Source: Selaginella moellendorffii (Eukaryota > Plantae > Lycopodiophyta). Taken from it: a DNA stretch of 64,000 nucleotides. The notes under the pieces are model-generated. The model made no database searches. It was given only the letters and a program-made list of their open reading frames with translations, and was not told the DNA's origin. Location: assembly GCF_000143415.4 (NCBI RefSeq), contig NW_003314262.1, positions 4,896,389-4,960,388 on the forward strand. Reading direction: 5' to 3'. A program made the translations under genes and the position numbers. Positions 38,701 through 50,376 of the stretch are shown one piece after another (positions within the stretch are counted from its first letter, which is position 1; each line of letters begins with the position of its first letter).

Positions 38701-41280
38701 TGGCTATTAGCGTTAGTGGCATACATGGGGTCTTTTCTTGTCATTTTTCTGAGTACAATTACTCCAGTTCTCGAAGCTGGGAACGCTTTAGCAGGTTTGT
38801 TTTACATTTTTCTTATATTTGGTCTAACTCAGGATCGTGTGTCAGGCTTGGTGGTTTCTCTCGGTTTATTGTTTTCCGGATTCGTTATCTTTCCGAGCTT
38901 GACTCCACGCTACTGGAAGTGGATGCTTTCGGCCAATCCGCTCCGTTGGGGAAATGTTATATTCTGCATGGCCGAGTTCCTCAATCGCTACCATGAATCT
39001 TGCCAAGACTTTCAGCAACTTCTGTTTTGCCGGAAACATCCAGATCTACCAGTTGGCCGGGCGTACCTCGAGTTTTTCCAGCTTGATTCGGAGAGAAAAT
39101 GGATGGCAATATCCTTCGCAATTATTGCTGCTTCGGTTCTCATTCTGGCGCTCGCTTCTTACTTGGGACTCAGCAAAGTCGTCTTTTCGGAAGTAAGTCC
39201 TTCCTTGCCAAGCGAGCCTGCAAGGAGTTCTTACAAGCAATCGGAGGACAAGCAGAAAGATATCTCTTGGGACGGACTATCCAGAATAACCGAGATGAGC
39301 AACTTGGAAACCAAGACATTGTGGGAGAAGAATGGTAGCACCTATGACGACGAAGAGCTTGGCCTTGGGCTTGAACTGCGGGGAACAGGTCACCAGTGGG
39401 AGAATTCGCACATACCCGTGAAAGCAGCCACGTTATCATTCCACCAAGTGAGTTTCTCTGTAAAAGCCGAGGAGAAGATAGTGCTGGACAGGGTCTCGGG
39501 ATTCGCAAAGCCAGGGACAATGCTTGCAATTATAGGGAGCATGGGCTCAGGGAAGTCCACTCTTTTAAGAGTTCTCGCAGGACGAACTCTGCCATCGTCA
39601 AGTGGGGAACTTATCTCGGGTGAAGTGCTGGTGAACGGATTCAAGCTGAGTAGCAACACCTTCCGGCGGCTGTCTGGTTTCGTGGAGCGAGTGGACGCTC
39701 ATCAGCCATTCTTGACAGTGAAGGAGTCACTCGATTTCAGTGCCGGTCTTCGTTTTGGAGGCAGCACAACCCCCGGCCGCCGGGCCTTTCACGTAGAGCT
39801 CGTCCTGGAACTTATGGGCCTCGTCGGCGTCAAAGACCAGCTAGTGGGATCTCTCAAGTTTTCAAACGGGAAGATCTTTGAGCTCGCCAAGAAGCTGACC
39901 ATCGCTGTGGAGGAGCCGTGAGTCGGCATGATTTTTCTCGAGGACCCGACGTCCGATCTCGACAGCGTCGCCACCAGGAACATCCTGTTCGCCATCCAAA
40001 CGGTTGCAGCATCCGGCCGCACTGTTATCAGCACGATCCAGCAGCCGAGCGCTAGAGTTCTCAGTGCCTTTAACAACGTTCTTATTATGAGACCCGGTGG
40101 GGAGCAAGTTTACTTTGGTCCCGTCGGCTGGAACTGTGCCCAGCTTCTGGAATACTTCACGACGATGTCGAGCGCTCCAAAGTATGAGCAGAGCCAGAAC
40201 CCGGTGACTTACATGTTCGATATCATCCGAAAGGACGAGCAAAACCTCGGCCTTGTCTATCGAGCAAGTTCTCTGGGAAGCTCCAACGCCGAAGAACTCA
40301 AGAAACTCCGGAAGCAGTACCGGAAGAACTCGTTGCGGCCGGCGCTGGATTCGACTTACGCCGCTCCTTACTCCAAGCAGGCCTGGTTGGTCTTCCTGAG
40401 AACACAGAGGTTCCTCTACCGCAACGTCCAGTACACGTTTGGACGGCTCTCCGGGTCGATCGCTCTCGGCCTTTTGCTCGGCTCGGTCTACTACAAGATC
40501 GCCACCAACGATACGTTCTCGGTCACGTCCCGGTCGCTTTTCATCTACATCCAGGTGATGCTACTGGGTGTGATCATCGCCAACAACGTCGTCCCCCAGC
40601 TTGGAACGGACAGGTTGGTCTACCACAGGGAACAGCGAGCAGCGATGTACGCTCCAATCTTCTATCCGGTGTCTTGGGCGATCGCGGAGATCCCATACCT
40701 GTTCATCGCGACGCTGGTGTTCGTGGGGATCTCAAACGGGCTGGCAGCGATCGCGACGCAGAGCGTGAGCAGCTTCGTCACGTACTGGCTGTGCCTCTTC
40801 GTCTTCACCACCACCGTGATGTACTTCGGTATGTTCATCACCATCGCCACCCCGGTTCCAGTGCTGGCGGCGTTCGTGGTGTCCATCACGAACTCCATCT
40901 GGGTCTCGGCCTCCGGCGTGATCGTCCCAAAGGCCAAGATGGGATTTTGCGAGTGGGTCTTCTGGGCGAATCCATTCCAGTACGTGACGCACGCGCTGAC
41001 GAGCGTGAGCTTCTTCTGCGACACCGCGAGCGCGGCGTGCGCGAGCTGCCGGGTGGGCGATGCGAATTCGTGCGCGGGATGCCACTGCCCGCGGCTGCTC
41101 AACGCCGAGAGCTCCGATCCGGGGAGCTTGCCGGTGTTCGTGTGGGATCGATTGAGCTCGCAGCGATCGCTGGAGGTGGAGAGGGTCTCGCTGGATTTCG
41201 TCGCTCTGGGCGGGATGAGCGTCCTCTTCGCGCTGCTTTCTTTCCTCGCCTTCGTGTGGATGAAGCACAACAGAGGATGA
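35790..41280 (+). CDS. Atypical full-size ABCG (PDR-type) transporter, NBD1-[PDZ-like]-TMD1-NBD2-TMD2, with an in-frame TGA at 39919
   Basis: Walker A motifs GPPGSGKSS and GSMGSGKST; [43 protein letters not shown]; two multi-helix TMDs. Exons join in frame through short introns (e.g. 36348-36405, 36643-36855, 37843-37900, 38564-38619). Confidence 0.88.
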
Positions 41281-42329
41281 AGAAGAAGCGCAAAATCAAC
41301 GGTCCAGATGAGCTCTCATTTTTTAATTCAACGGCCTCGATGAAACGGGCAAACGTGCCCACCGTTGTGGCATATTCACCGAATCTCCAACAGGGTTAGG
41401 GTTTATGGCAAGCGGCATTGTTTTGTGCGTGATCAACCGGTCGTCCAGGGCGGATCGTGTGCGCGGCGCCGCCGAGTAGCAGCTAGATCGCGCACTCTCA
41501 CAGCAGCGCCGAATCTTTCTTCCTTTTTTCTATTCCCTCTGATCAATCGCCGCCGCGGCGCTTATCTTGCTAATAATCTCGCTTTGCGCGCCGCGGATTC
41601 CACATCAAGATCGCGTGCGGTGCCGCTGTCCAGCCAATTCATCCAGCACTTCTCTCCCTTTTGTCCGGGCTCTCTTGGTTCGATCGATCATCCAGTTCCA
41701 GGTAGATTCCTTGCGCGAGGGCTTCCAATGCTAGCGCCGGCCATTCGCTAGGTACGATAGAGAGAAGAAATCGCGGGCACACAAGGGGGGGCCGGGTGAT
41801 GATGGGAGTTATCATAAAATTTGCAAAGCGGGTGTTCTACAGTGGAACAACGTGAATGGTATGGTCTGGCAAGTGGCAGTGATAGGATTTCTTCCAGAAT
41901 GGGGCTCGGGGGGTCTATGGCACCGCCAGGAGCTACGAGTAGCTCGAATTTTTTGTGACAGCGTGTGGGAACTACCTATGTAGCTATAGATTTCTCGCTA
42001 CTGGCAGCCGAGAAGTAGCAGTAGCAGCACAGTGGTACAGACAGGCACAGGGAAAGGATGGTCCGTGTGAGCAGCAGCGATGGATGATTCACTCCCCGAC
42101 AAGCACGCCATTCTTAATTGCTGATGCTGCTGCTACAGCTCCGGTGAGCATTTCGTAAGCACTCCATCAGAGACCCTCGTGGATGAAAGAAATGGGATGG
42201 GGCTTTCGCCAGGAAAGTTCCGGTTTTGATGACGATGGCAGCGAGAAGTTTGTCATGGGGTCTCCGTGGTCGCGCGAGGTTTCCTAGAGTAGCTTCGAGG
42301 TAGCATAGAGGGCTTTGGTGCCTGGGAAG

Positions 42330-45205
42330 ATGCCCTTCCCATGGAGCAAATCTTCGAAGAAATCGTCGTCCAATTCTTCCGGTAAGGATAAGGCTGACAA
42401 CAGCAAGCTTTACTCTCTCGGGAAGAAGGGTCCGCGGTTGTCAGGCGAGGATGACGGGTCTTCGAGGGGCTCCAGGAGTAGTTACGATTCTTCGGCCAGG
42501 GTGGTAGCGGCGGATGCTCCTACATTCTCGCCTTCGTCTGCCGGAATTCGAAGCCCGCTCTTTCCCGAGCCGCAGGCATTCAAGGGACAGCCTCTTCCTT
42601 TGCCGGAAAGTACTACCAAGATTCAGCTTTGCAATGGAACTCTTCCGCTGCCGACGTATGACCAAGTCGAGTTTAAGCACGAGGTTGCCGAATTGGACGG
42701 GACGACTTCGGGATATGGTTCTGGTTCTATCTCCAGTGGAAGCTCCACAAGCAGTGGGGAAGCAGCGGACGCTTGGCTTGGAAGTTCCAATCGCCAGCAA
42801 ACCGATCAAAATGGACACGCAAACTCCTTGTAAGCTTTTACTTTATGTTTTTAACTTTCGCGAGAAGTGCTTGCTCACCTGGTTTCTTTCTTTTTTCTTT
42901 CAGCTCACTTCAGAAAAACCAAAACAGAGCTGGAAGAAATCCACACCAGAAAGAGGCGGTTCCGAAGACGGTACCTCCAGGAAATAAGACGAGCTCCGTC
43001 TCCCCATTGCGAGCTCGTGCTGCGGCGGCAAAACAAGGCATGCATTTACATCTACCGGCACGTAGCGCACCAACCAGCCTCATCTCCAGTCCTTCTCACA
43101 GTCCAAGACGTTTAAGTTCGTCGGAGCAACAGGCTTTGTTCCAGAACTACAGTGCTGTGACGAACTCCACAAACCAGGGACGAAACAGTCCAGAAAAATC
43201 TCCTCTTGCAAGTCCGATACGAGGCGGTTCGAGGATTCAAAGTGGTGCTGTCTCTCCCCTGCACCATTCAAGTTCCAGAGGTACAGACTCGCCTAGTGTC
43301 GGGCATCGGCTCCCTCCGCCACCGGCATTTACAAACTCGACAGTAAATTCTCCAGCGTCATCTACATTTCCTCTCGGTTCACCGCCTGGCATGCCTTCGC
43401 ACAGTCCGATCAGGTGGCAAAAAGGAAACCTCCTTGGTGTTGGCTCTTTTGGACGAGTGTACAAAGGCTTTAGGTATGCTTCTGATATTCTCGGCCTACT
43501 CCACGAGCTGATGGTTTGTTTTTCTTTGTTTGCAGTGATAGTGGTACCTTTTGTGCAATGAAAGAAGTCCTAGTTGTGGATGATCCTAAGTCTATAGAAT
43601 CTGTAAAACAGCTAATGCAGGTATGCTGCCGTTCTCATTGCACGTTCCTGTCACTGACTGGTGTTTCAGGAAATAAATATGCTAAGTAGTTTAAGACATC
43701 CTAACATTGTTCAATACCTTGGCTCAGAAATGGTAAGGTTAAGGTATCTCTTAACTAGATGTCTCATTTCTCCTTTCTTGCTGCCTGCAGCTGGACGATA
43801 GTTTGTATATTTATTTGGAGTTCGTTTCCGGAGGCTCGATACACAAGGTGCTCCAGGAATATGGTGCTTTCAAAGAGCCCGTCATTCGTAGCTATACGCA
43901 GCAAATCCTATCTGGACTCCAATACTTGCACAGTATGAACAAAGTTCACCGGTTCGTTGACTCTGTACTCTTGCGGGCTTCTATTAACAGCGCCTTTATT
44001 ACAGAGACATCAAAGGTGCGAACATTCTCGTTGACACTAATGGTGAAGTCAAGCTAGCGGATTTTGGAATGGCCAAGCATGTAAGTAGCAAGCTGTGGTT
44101 TTTGTTGTTTACTTATCCATCCACGCTTCAGATATCTTCTAGTTCACTTGTGCTATCTTTTAAAGGAAGTCCCTACTGGATGGCTCCTGAGGTATGTCCA
44201 CGTTTTCTTTCTTCTAATACTTCTATGACACCGTCACACGGCTACTCCTTTTTAGGTTTTCAAGAGTAATGCGCAAAGCTATCCAGTGGATATCTGGAGT
44301 CTAGGATGTACAATCATTGAAATGGCAACTGGAAAACCACCATGGAGCCAGTACGAGGGGGTATGTATTTTTTTGTAGTTTCTGTGCGTGCTCACTTACT
44401 TGTACACAGATTGCAGCCATGTTCAAGATTGGAAACAGTAAGGAGACTCCTACAATACCGGACACCTTATCGCCAGTGGCGAAGGAGTTTATCAGGTTGT
44501 GCTTACAGCGAAATCCCGACGATCGTCCAACAGCTTCTCAACTATTAGAGCACCCCTTTGTCAAGTTTTTGCACGATGAACATCTTCCGGATGGCCTTCC
44601 ACCTCTGTCGCCAACATTTCGCTCAGTGGTACGTGATATTCTTTGTTTTCCATTCTTTTGTTTCTTTTGGATGATGTTGAGTGATCAACCTGCATGATCA
44701 TCCAGGTTGCGAATTTAAGCCACGATAGAGGGGGACAGTATCATCCGCGGTAATGTTTTTTAAGCACAAAAACGATACGCTGACGATTGTTTCTCGCTTT
44801 TGCTTTTGTAGAGATCTCATGTCTCCTGTTAGCAGCAATTCGGCCTACACGAGATCAATCTATTCCAGCTATGGAGGTCTCACACCAATTATCACATCTG
44901 GAACTTCCACACCCCAAACCGAGGAAGCTCCAGCCGGGTTTGCGAAGGACAGATATACCATGGCTTCAAGAGTGAACGGAATGCACATAAGAAACGAGCC
45001 AAGATTTACGGCGACTGCTGTTTCGTCACCAGGGACTAGAAGTCCAAGGGCTGCTCAAAGGAGCGAGTTCGTGTGGAATCCACCGGTACAGCTCACTCCG
45101 GATGCCAGTCCAAGGCGTATGTCCAGCGATATCTTGAGTACAAACTCTAGATTCTATGCAAATTCTCTTCTCGGTAAGCAAGCTCTTCCTTTTTCCTTGC
45201 TTTGA
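42330..45205 (+). CDS. MEKK-type MAP kinase kinase kinase, YODA/MAPKKK-alpha-like, multi-exon
   Basis: Ser/Pro-rich N-terminus with GQPLPLP and [12 protein letters not shown]. Kinase motifs [45 protein letters not shown] and [13 protein letters not shown]. Confidence 0.93.
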
Positions 45206-45521
45206 CACCAAAGTTTCTATTTTGCTTTCCAGATAACAAGTGATAGAGCTGTATATGAAGAAGATCCGGCAAAGCAAACTGGAACTTAAGCCAAAAGATT
45301 TTACGAAGTAGAGTAAGCTTCGAATTTCAGGGAGAAAATGTTCGATTAATTCATGCGCAATGTACATTTTTTTCATTTTTCTTGCAGACTTTCGGTCATC
45401 ATCTAACAGCCATTCCTACGCAAGTACATCCAGAAGAGAGGAGACAGAAAAAGAGGAAGAGAGAAACCGATAACGAGCGAGCTTTTGGAGGAAAGGAAGG
45501 AAGAATGTATATAAGCTTTCC

Positions 45522-46597
45522 TCAGGTAACTGGATCCTCGAGCCTGGCAGCCACGATATCGTTGATCCGTGGATACGAAACCTTCTCGTCGAGCTGGTTC
45601 TGGGACCAGATGAGCATCTTGAGCAGGCTGGGAAGCTTTGGATCCTTCTCGTGGCTCTGGCTCGTCAGGATGGCGGCGTTCAATTCACTCGCAGTCTTCT
45701 GGCGCTGCGAGAAGTCGAGCAAATCTCCCACCGGGCAATTCGAAGTGTCCTCGAACGCCAGGAGCGCCACAGTCCGCTCCAGCTCCTCGAGGAAGCTGTG
45801 GTTTTCTTCTCCACGAGGAGCTAGCTCCTCCTGTGCAAACTCCAAGGCTTCCTCGAGCTTCCCTGGATCCAAAACGTAGAAAAAAAGGAAGGTGTAAGAC
45901 AAAGATCTATAATTCTAGAAAAAAAAAATCCATTGGAACCATTGATACGCAAAGGAAGAGATCGCGAGAACTCTACCAAAGAAAGAAAAAAAACTATCCA
46001 CAAGGAAAGAGATCACTTCTAATCTATCACTCCTATACACAAGGAGAGAAATCATTTCTAGCAGCGAGACCATCTATCACTCCTACACAAAGAGATCACT
46101 TCTAGCAGCCAGGCCATCAATCAAAGGATCGCACAGAGCTAACGAGACAATCTCCAAAAACAAACGAGCGCGCTATGGAGAGGAAATCCAAAAGAGAGGG
46201 AGGCGATGGATCGATCTAAGAAGGAGAAGGAAATGCGAGACTCACCACTTCTAATCAGCTCGATGAGCCTCTGTTGCTGGAGGTGGAAGAAGAGCTGTGG
46301 ATTGGTGTCGAGGATCTCGGGATTCAAGTCATTCACCTTCTCGATCGCGTCCTCCACATTGCCGCACTGCACCGCCTTGCGCACCGCCATTCTGTCGGTG
46401 ATTGACCCCAAATCCACCTCCGGCGAGGTGCCCGATTCGTGCTGGAATTTCTCCGCCGCGTCCACATAGCCTTCGGTCACCAGGAAATTCATCACCAGCT
46501 TGTTCATGTCCTCCTTCCGGATCTTCACCTCGGCCAGCTTCCGCTCCCATTCCTCGCGACTCACGATCTTCTTCGACGATGACTCCCCTTTGCCCAT
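45522..46597 (-). CDS. GID8: GID8/TWA1 homolog (LisH-CTLH-CRA), CTLH E3 complex subunit
   Basis: MNKLVMNFLVTEGYVDAAEKF, LNPEILDTNPQLFFHLQQQRLIELIR and QRQKTASELNAAIL. Two exons. Confidence 0.95.
46021..46120. repeat. Intronic ~45-50 bp imperfect tandem repeat
   Basis: ATCTATCACTCCTA..CACAA...ATCA(T/C)TTCTAGCAGC occurs twice. Confidence 0.75.
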
Positions 46598-47123
46598 GGC
46601 TGTGATACCCTAACAGCGAAGAACCCTAAAAAATGGGCAAAACGAAAGCCTGCTTTTTAGGGTTCTTGGGCAAACAAGAAAGGGGCGAAAGAAAACGAAA
46701 TGAAAGCGCATTCTCGCCCCGCCGGCAATGCGCTCTTCGTCTTCCATCTCGTCGCGTTTCTCTGGTGAGGATTTCTAGCGCCTTGGGCTCTTCCAATCGA
46801 TTGCTTTTCAGGTTTTTGTACACCTTTAGCTGGCATTTTGGCCGCGCGGCGAGCAAGCTCCCCCAGTCGCAAGGATTTGGCTGGTTCTTCAAGGTTTAGA
46901 GAAATTTTGAGCGATTTCTTCTTCGTTTGATCGATTTCTTCCTTGATTTCTCCTCGCAGTATCTCACTTTCTGCGGATTCACGTTGCAATTGGTATCACT
47001 GCTCGTCTGCCTCTTGTCCCACCTATTTCCGGAGGTGAGCAGCACGAATTTTTCTCTTTTCTTTTGGTATGGAAACGAGAGGGAGCATCGCAGATTAGAG
47101 TCGAGGCTTGAAGCGTGCGGCGG

Positions 47124-47789
47124 ATGATTTGTCTTGCACCACCTTCGCGATTGCCAATGTCATCACGGCCATGCACTGGGTCCTCTACTTCACTACCGCA
47201 GCTCCAGTCGAAGCATCTGCCACTGCCAAAATCGAGACCACCGTCACTCGGAGTTTGTAAGTTCCCTTCTATCGTTCTTCCTCCTCTACTTTCTTTGTTC
47301 TTGACTTAACAGTTGCTTTCTCTCTCTCGCAGAAACGTCCAGACTTCTTCACCACTGTGGCTGAATCTGACAGTCCATTTGGCGAACGCCATTGTCGCCT
47401 GGACCGACGTCCACGTTTCCGATAGAACTTTCAGGTACTTCGCTCCATCTTTCTCTCCAGTGAAGAACACGTTTTGTGTTTCGCTGCAGGAAGTCGTCAC
47501 TCAACCAGTCTCTCATCTTCTGCCTTGTCTACACCACCTGGATCCAAGTCTGTGCCTTCAAGAACAAGGTGAAAAGAAAGAAAAAGCGAAGAAAACTTCT
47601 ACTAAGCTCAGCTCGCGTGTGAACAAACAGATGTATCCATACCCGTTCCTCAACAAGCTCCCGCAGCCGGAAGGATTCATCGCCACGGTCGCGGTCGCGG
47701 TGACCCTCACCTTCGCCTTCTTCAAAGCCGGCTCCACATTGGCGAGCGTCCAAACCTCCCGGCGACTAGCCAAGCTCAAAGCCATGTAA
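47124..47789 (+). CDS. Small hypothetical protein with a transit-peptide-like N-terminus and a C-terminal hydrophobic helix
   Basis: Ser/Pro-rich N-terminal exon, short pyrimidine-rich intron-like gaps and hydrophobic FIATVAVAVTLTFAFF. Divergent from GID8. Family not recognised. Confidence 0.4.
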
Positions 47790-47893
47790 GTCCATCTTTC
47801 TCCTTCATAAAAGAGCTAAAAATCTACTTTTTCAATCTTTCTTTCGAGCATCAAAAAGCTCGCGAAAACCCTTAGCGCGAGGGCTTTAGCAGC

Positions 47894-48469
47894 ATGTCGG
47901 ACTACAGCGACTCCGAAGACGACTACGACGATCGCGAAGCGGACATAGCTTGCGACTGGAGCGATGGCCCCAAGCAGCAAAACGACCCGCTCTTCAAGCT
48001 CCACTGCCAGCTCTGCTCGTGTCCGCTCGCCGTCACGTTCCACTCGTCCATCGGCGCCGTGGATTTCAGCGAGCGCCAGGCCGTGGTGGCGGTCCTCCCG
48101 TGCAACCATTGCTTCCACTCGGTGTGCCTCGACGACTACTCGTCTTCGTCCCAGCAGCTCCGGTGCCCGGTTTTCAAAGGACCGTCTCTGGCGTGTGCCG
48201 AGTTCCAGGAACGGCAGAGGCTGGCGGAGCAGCACCAGCGCGAGAGGGAGAGGCTGGCGGAGCAGCGGCGGCGCGAGAAAGAGAGGTTGGCGGCGCAGCA
48301 GCGGCTCGAGCAGGAGGCTGCGAGAGCTGCTTCATCCAAAGGTAAGAGTAAGAAAGGTGGCGCCATCGCCACCGCCACCGCTGCGATCGCGAAAGCTGTG
48401 GGCTTGAAGAAGAACACGAAGAAGAAGGGAGCGTCGCCCATAGCATCCAAGAAGACAGGAAAAAAGTGA
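47894..48469 (+). CDS. RING-H2-like zinc finger protein with a charged coiled coil and Lys-rich tail; intronless
   Basis: CQLC...LPCNHCFHSVCL...CPVF pattern; acidic N-terminus, basic C-terminus. Confidence 0.75.
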   Translation: MSDYSDSEDDYDDREADIACDWSDGPKQQNDPLFKLHCQLCSCPLAVTFHSSIGAVDFSERQAVVAVLPCNHCFHSVCLDDYSSSSQQLRCPVFKGPSLACAEFQERQRLAEQHQRERERLAEQRRREKERLAAQQRLEQEAARAASSKGKSKKGGAIATATAAIAKAVGLKKNTKKKGASPIASKKTGKK

Positions 48470-49839
48470 TTTTTTTCGTTCGATCATTCGCTTAGTTCTG
48501 GGTCTTAAATTAATGTCGGCCGTTGGATGTCGCGCGGGGTTTAGGGTTCTTGCGCTTCAGGAAAATGGTGAGGGAATCAAGCGTGGAGCAGCTCTTGGGC
48601 AATCTCTTCCCTCATTTGCACCGATGAGATTGAAGAGATCGCACGGATTCTACACGGGCAGGGCACGGTCATGGGCAAGGTGGCGGAGCTAGGAGTGTCT
48701 AAGTGGGTTTGCTTGCCAAGAACTTCTATGGAATGGTGTTAGATTGCAAATTTGAATACAAGAATAACACTAATAAAAAACAGTGTTTGCATCATGTGTT
48801 CTTGGGGGAGCGGAAATCAATGCTCGTTTGCTAAGTCTTCTTGCTGCCAGCGCTACCTCGAATGGTTTCCAAGGCACAGCATTGGAGAAGCACAGGAGTA
48901 TGAGCTCATCGGAGTCCAAGCTTGACAAGGCTATTTGCTATCGAATTTCCCAACCTGGAGCTGTGCAATCGGATCCAGCGGCAAGTGCGACCAAAGATGT
49001 GGCTGGAGCTAGCCAAGAGTGGCATGGATGCAGAGGAACTCCAGACCGTGAGCTCCTTGTTCGATGAGAAGGAAGTTGGCGCACTCTATGGATACCGAGT
49101 GCTGCTCAGAAGGAAGCTAGTAGGGACTGGTCGAAGGTGAGCAAGGAGATTGAGTACGTTGAAGCAATGGGCAGGTTGGTGCAGTGATGGAGGATCTTTC
49201 TCAATGTGCGAGCTCTCAACGCGCAGCACTGCCAAGCTGTGGCTGGGTTGGTGCATCTCATGTGCGTGGAGCGTTGTGTTCACGGATATGGCAATGGTTT
49301 TGCGTGATACGGGTCTTCGGTCCTAGAGATTTCAAAGTGCATGCCGCAAACTACCGCCACCTTTGTTCTTAAAAGTTGATGGAATAACAACATCTCAAAG
49401 TCGATCCTAAATGCATGCTAAACAATCCTCAACCACTTTTCGACTTTGGAACCTCCTTCCATTGTTGACTTGAGTAGCTCCTGAACCTCATCATCTCCAT
49501 GGGACTATGGGTTTGGGGACTGATGACTAGTCGTACCTTTTTCTCTTCCTGGTCAACTGCGAGACGTCCTCGTCAACGCAGTTGACTATCTGCGCATAGA
49601 ATTCGAAAGTTGACCGTCAAAAATGCATTGAATACGCTGTCCCTTGTCAAGAATCTTCGCTGATGTCGAACGAGAGCTGTGTAAACGCTCGCACCCGGTG
49701 GATTCGCCGTTCGAGCTGCAGAGCTCTACCGTTATTGCCGTCTGAATCCTGTACACTGGATGAACGATTCTGGAGACGACGTGACACTCTTCAATACATT
49801 CCCCCTTTTTCACCTAGATTTCAAGAAATTGAAAATTTG

Positions 49840-50020
49840 GAAAAGAATTTTTCGCAAAACCTCATGGGTCGGAATATGACTTATACTTCGAGACACACAG
49901 ACAGGTCATCAGATGCATACTCTACAACCCAAGAAGTAATAGCAATGAAATCGCCGCACTATTTAAATAAAAGACTTTCAATTGCGCTTGGGCATGTGGG
50001 ATAATTGAGCTTTGCCCTAG
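49840..50020. repeat. Dispersed repeat, copy 2 (copy 1 at 15325-15478)
   Basis: Same conserved blocks as copy 1, same orientation. Confidence 0.8.
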
Positions 50021-50376
50021 ACCTAATTGAGTTTAGGGCAGATAACTCCCCTCCAGTTTGAGGTACGCATTGAAGACAAATTTGTACTTGTCGCGATCAC
50101 CACCTTCACACGTCCCACAAATGTTACCACTTCTTGGAGATTCTGGAGACAACAGCAGAGCTCCCAAACCCGAGAGCCGCTGCGCCTTTGCAAATGGCAG
50201 CACCCGGTGATGGAGGAGCGATCACTGTTCTTGTTACGGTCCTATAAACGTAAGAAAGGTGGCGTGGCCGCCAGCTATCGAGCGCCACCCAAAGCATGGA
50301 AGAAGACAGGATTTTTTCTTCAATCATTCCAGTAGAAACTTATCTTTGGTTTTTTCCTTCTTGGAAGAACTTATCG

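Noticed and set aside
41365-42329. ORFs upstream of the MAP3K
   Set aside because: No recognisable protein. Likely promoter/5' UTR with an intron; uORF function cannot be supported.
48560-49813. Fragmentary ORFs between the RING and SET genes
   Set aside because: Multiple stops and frame changes; no family recognised.
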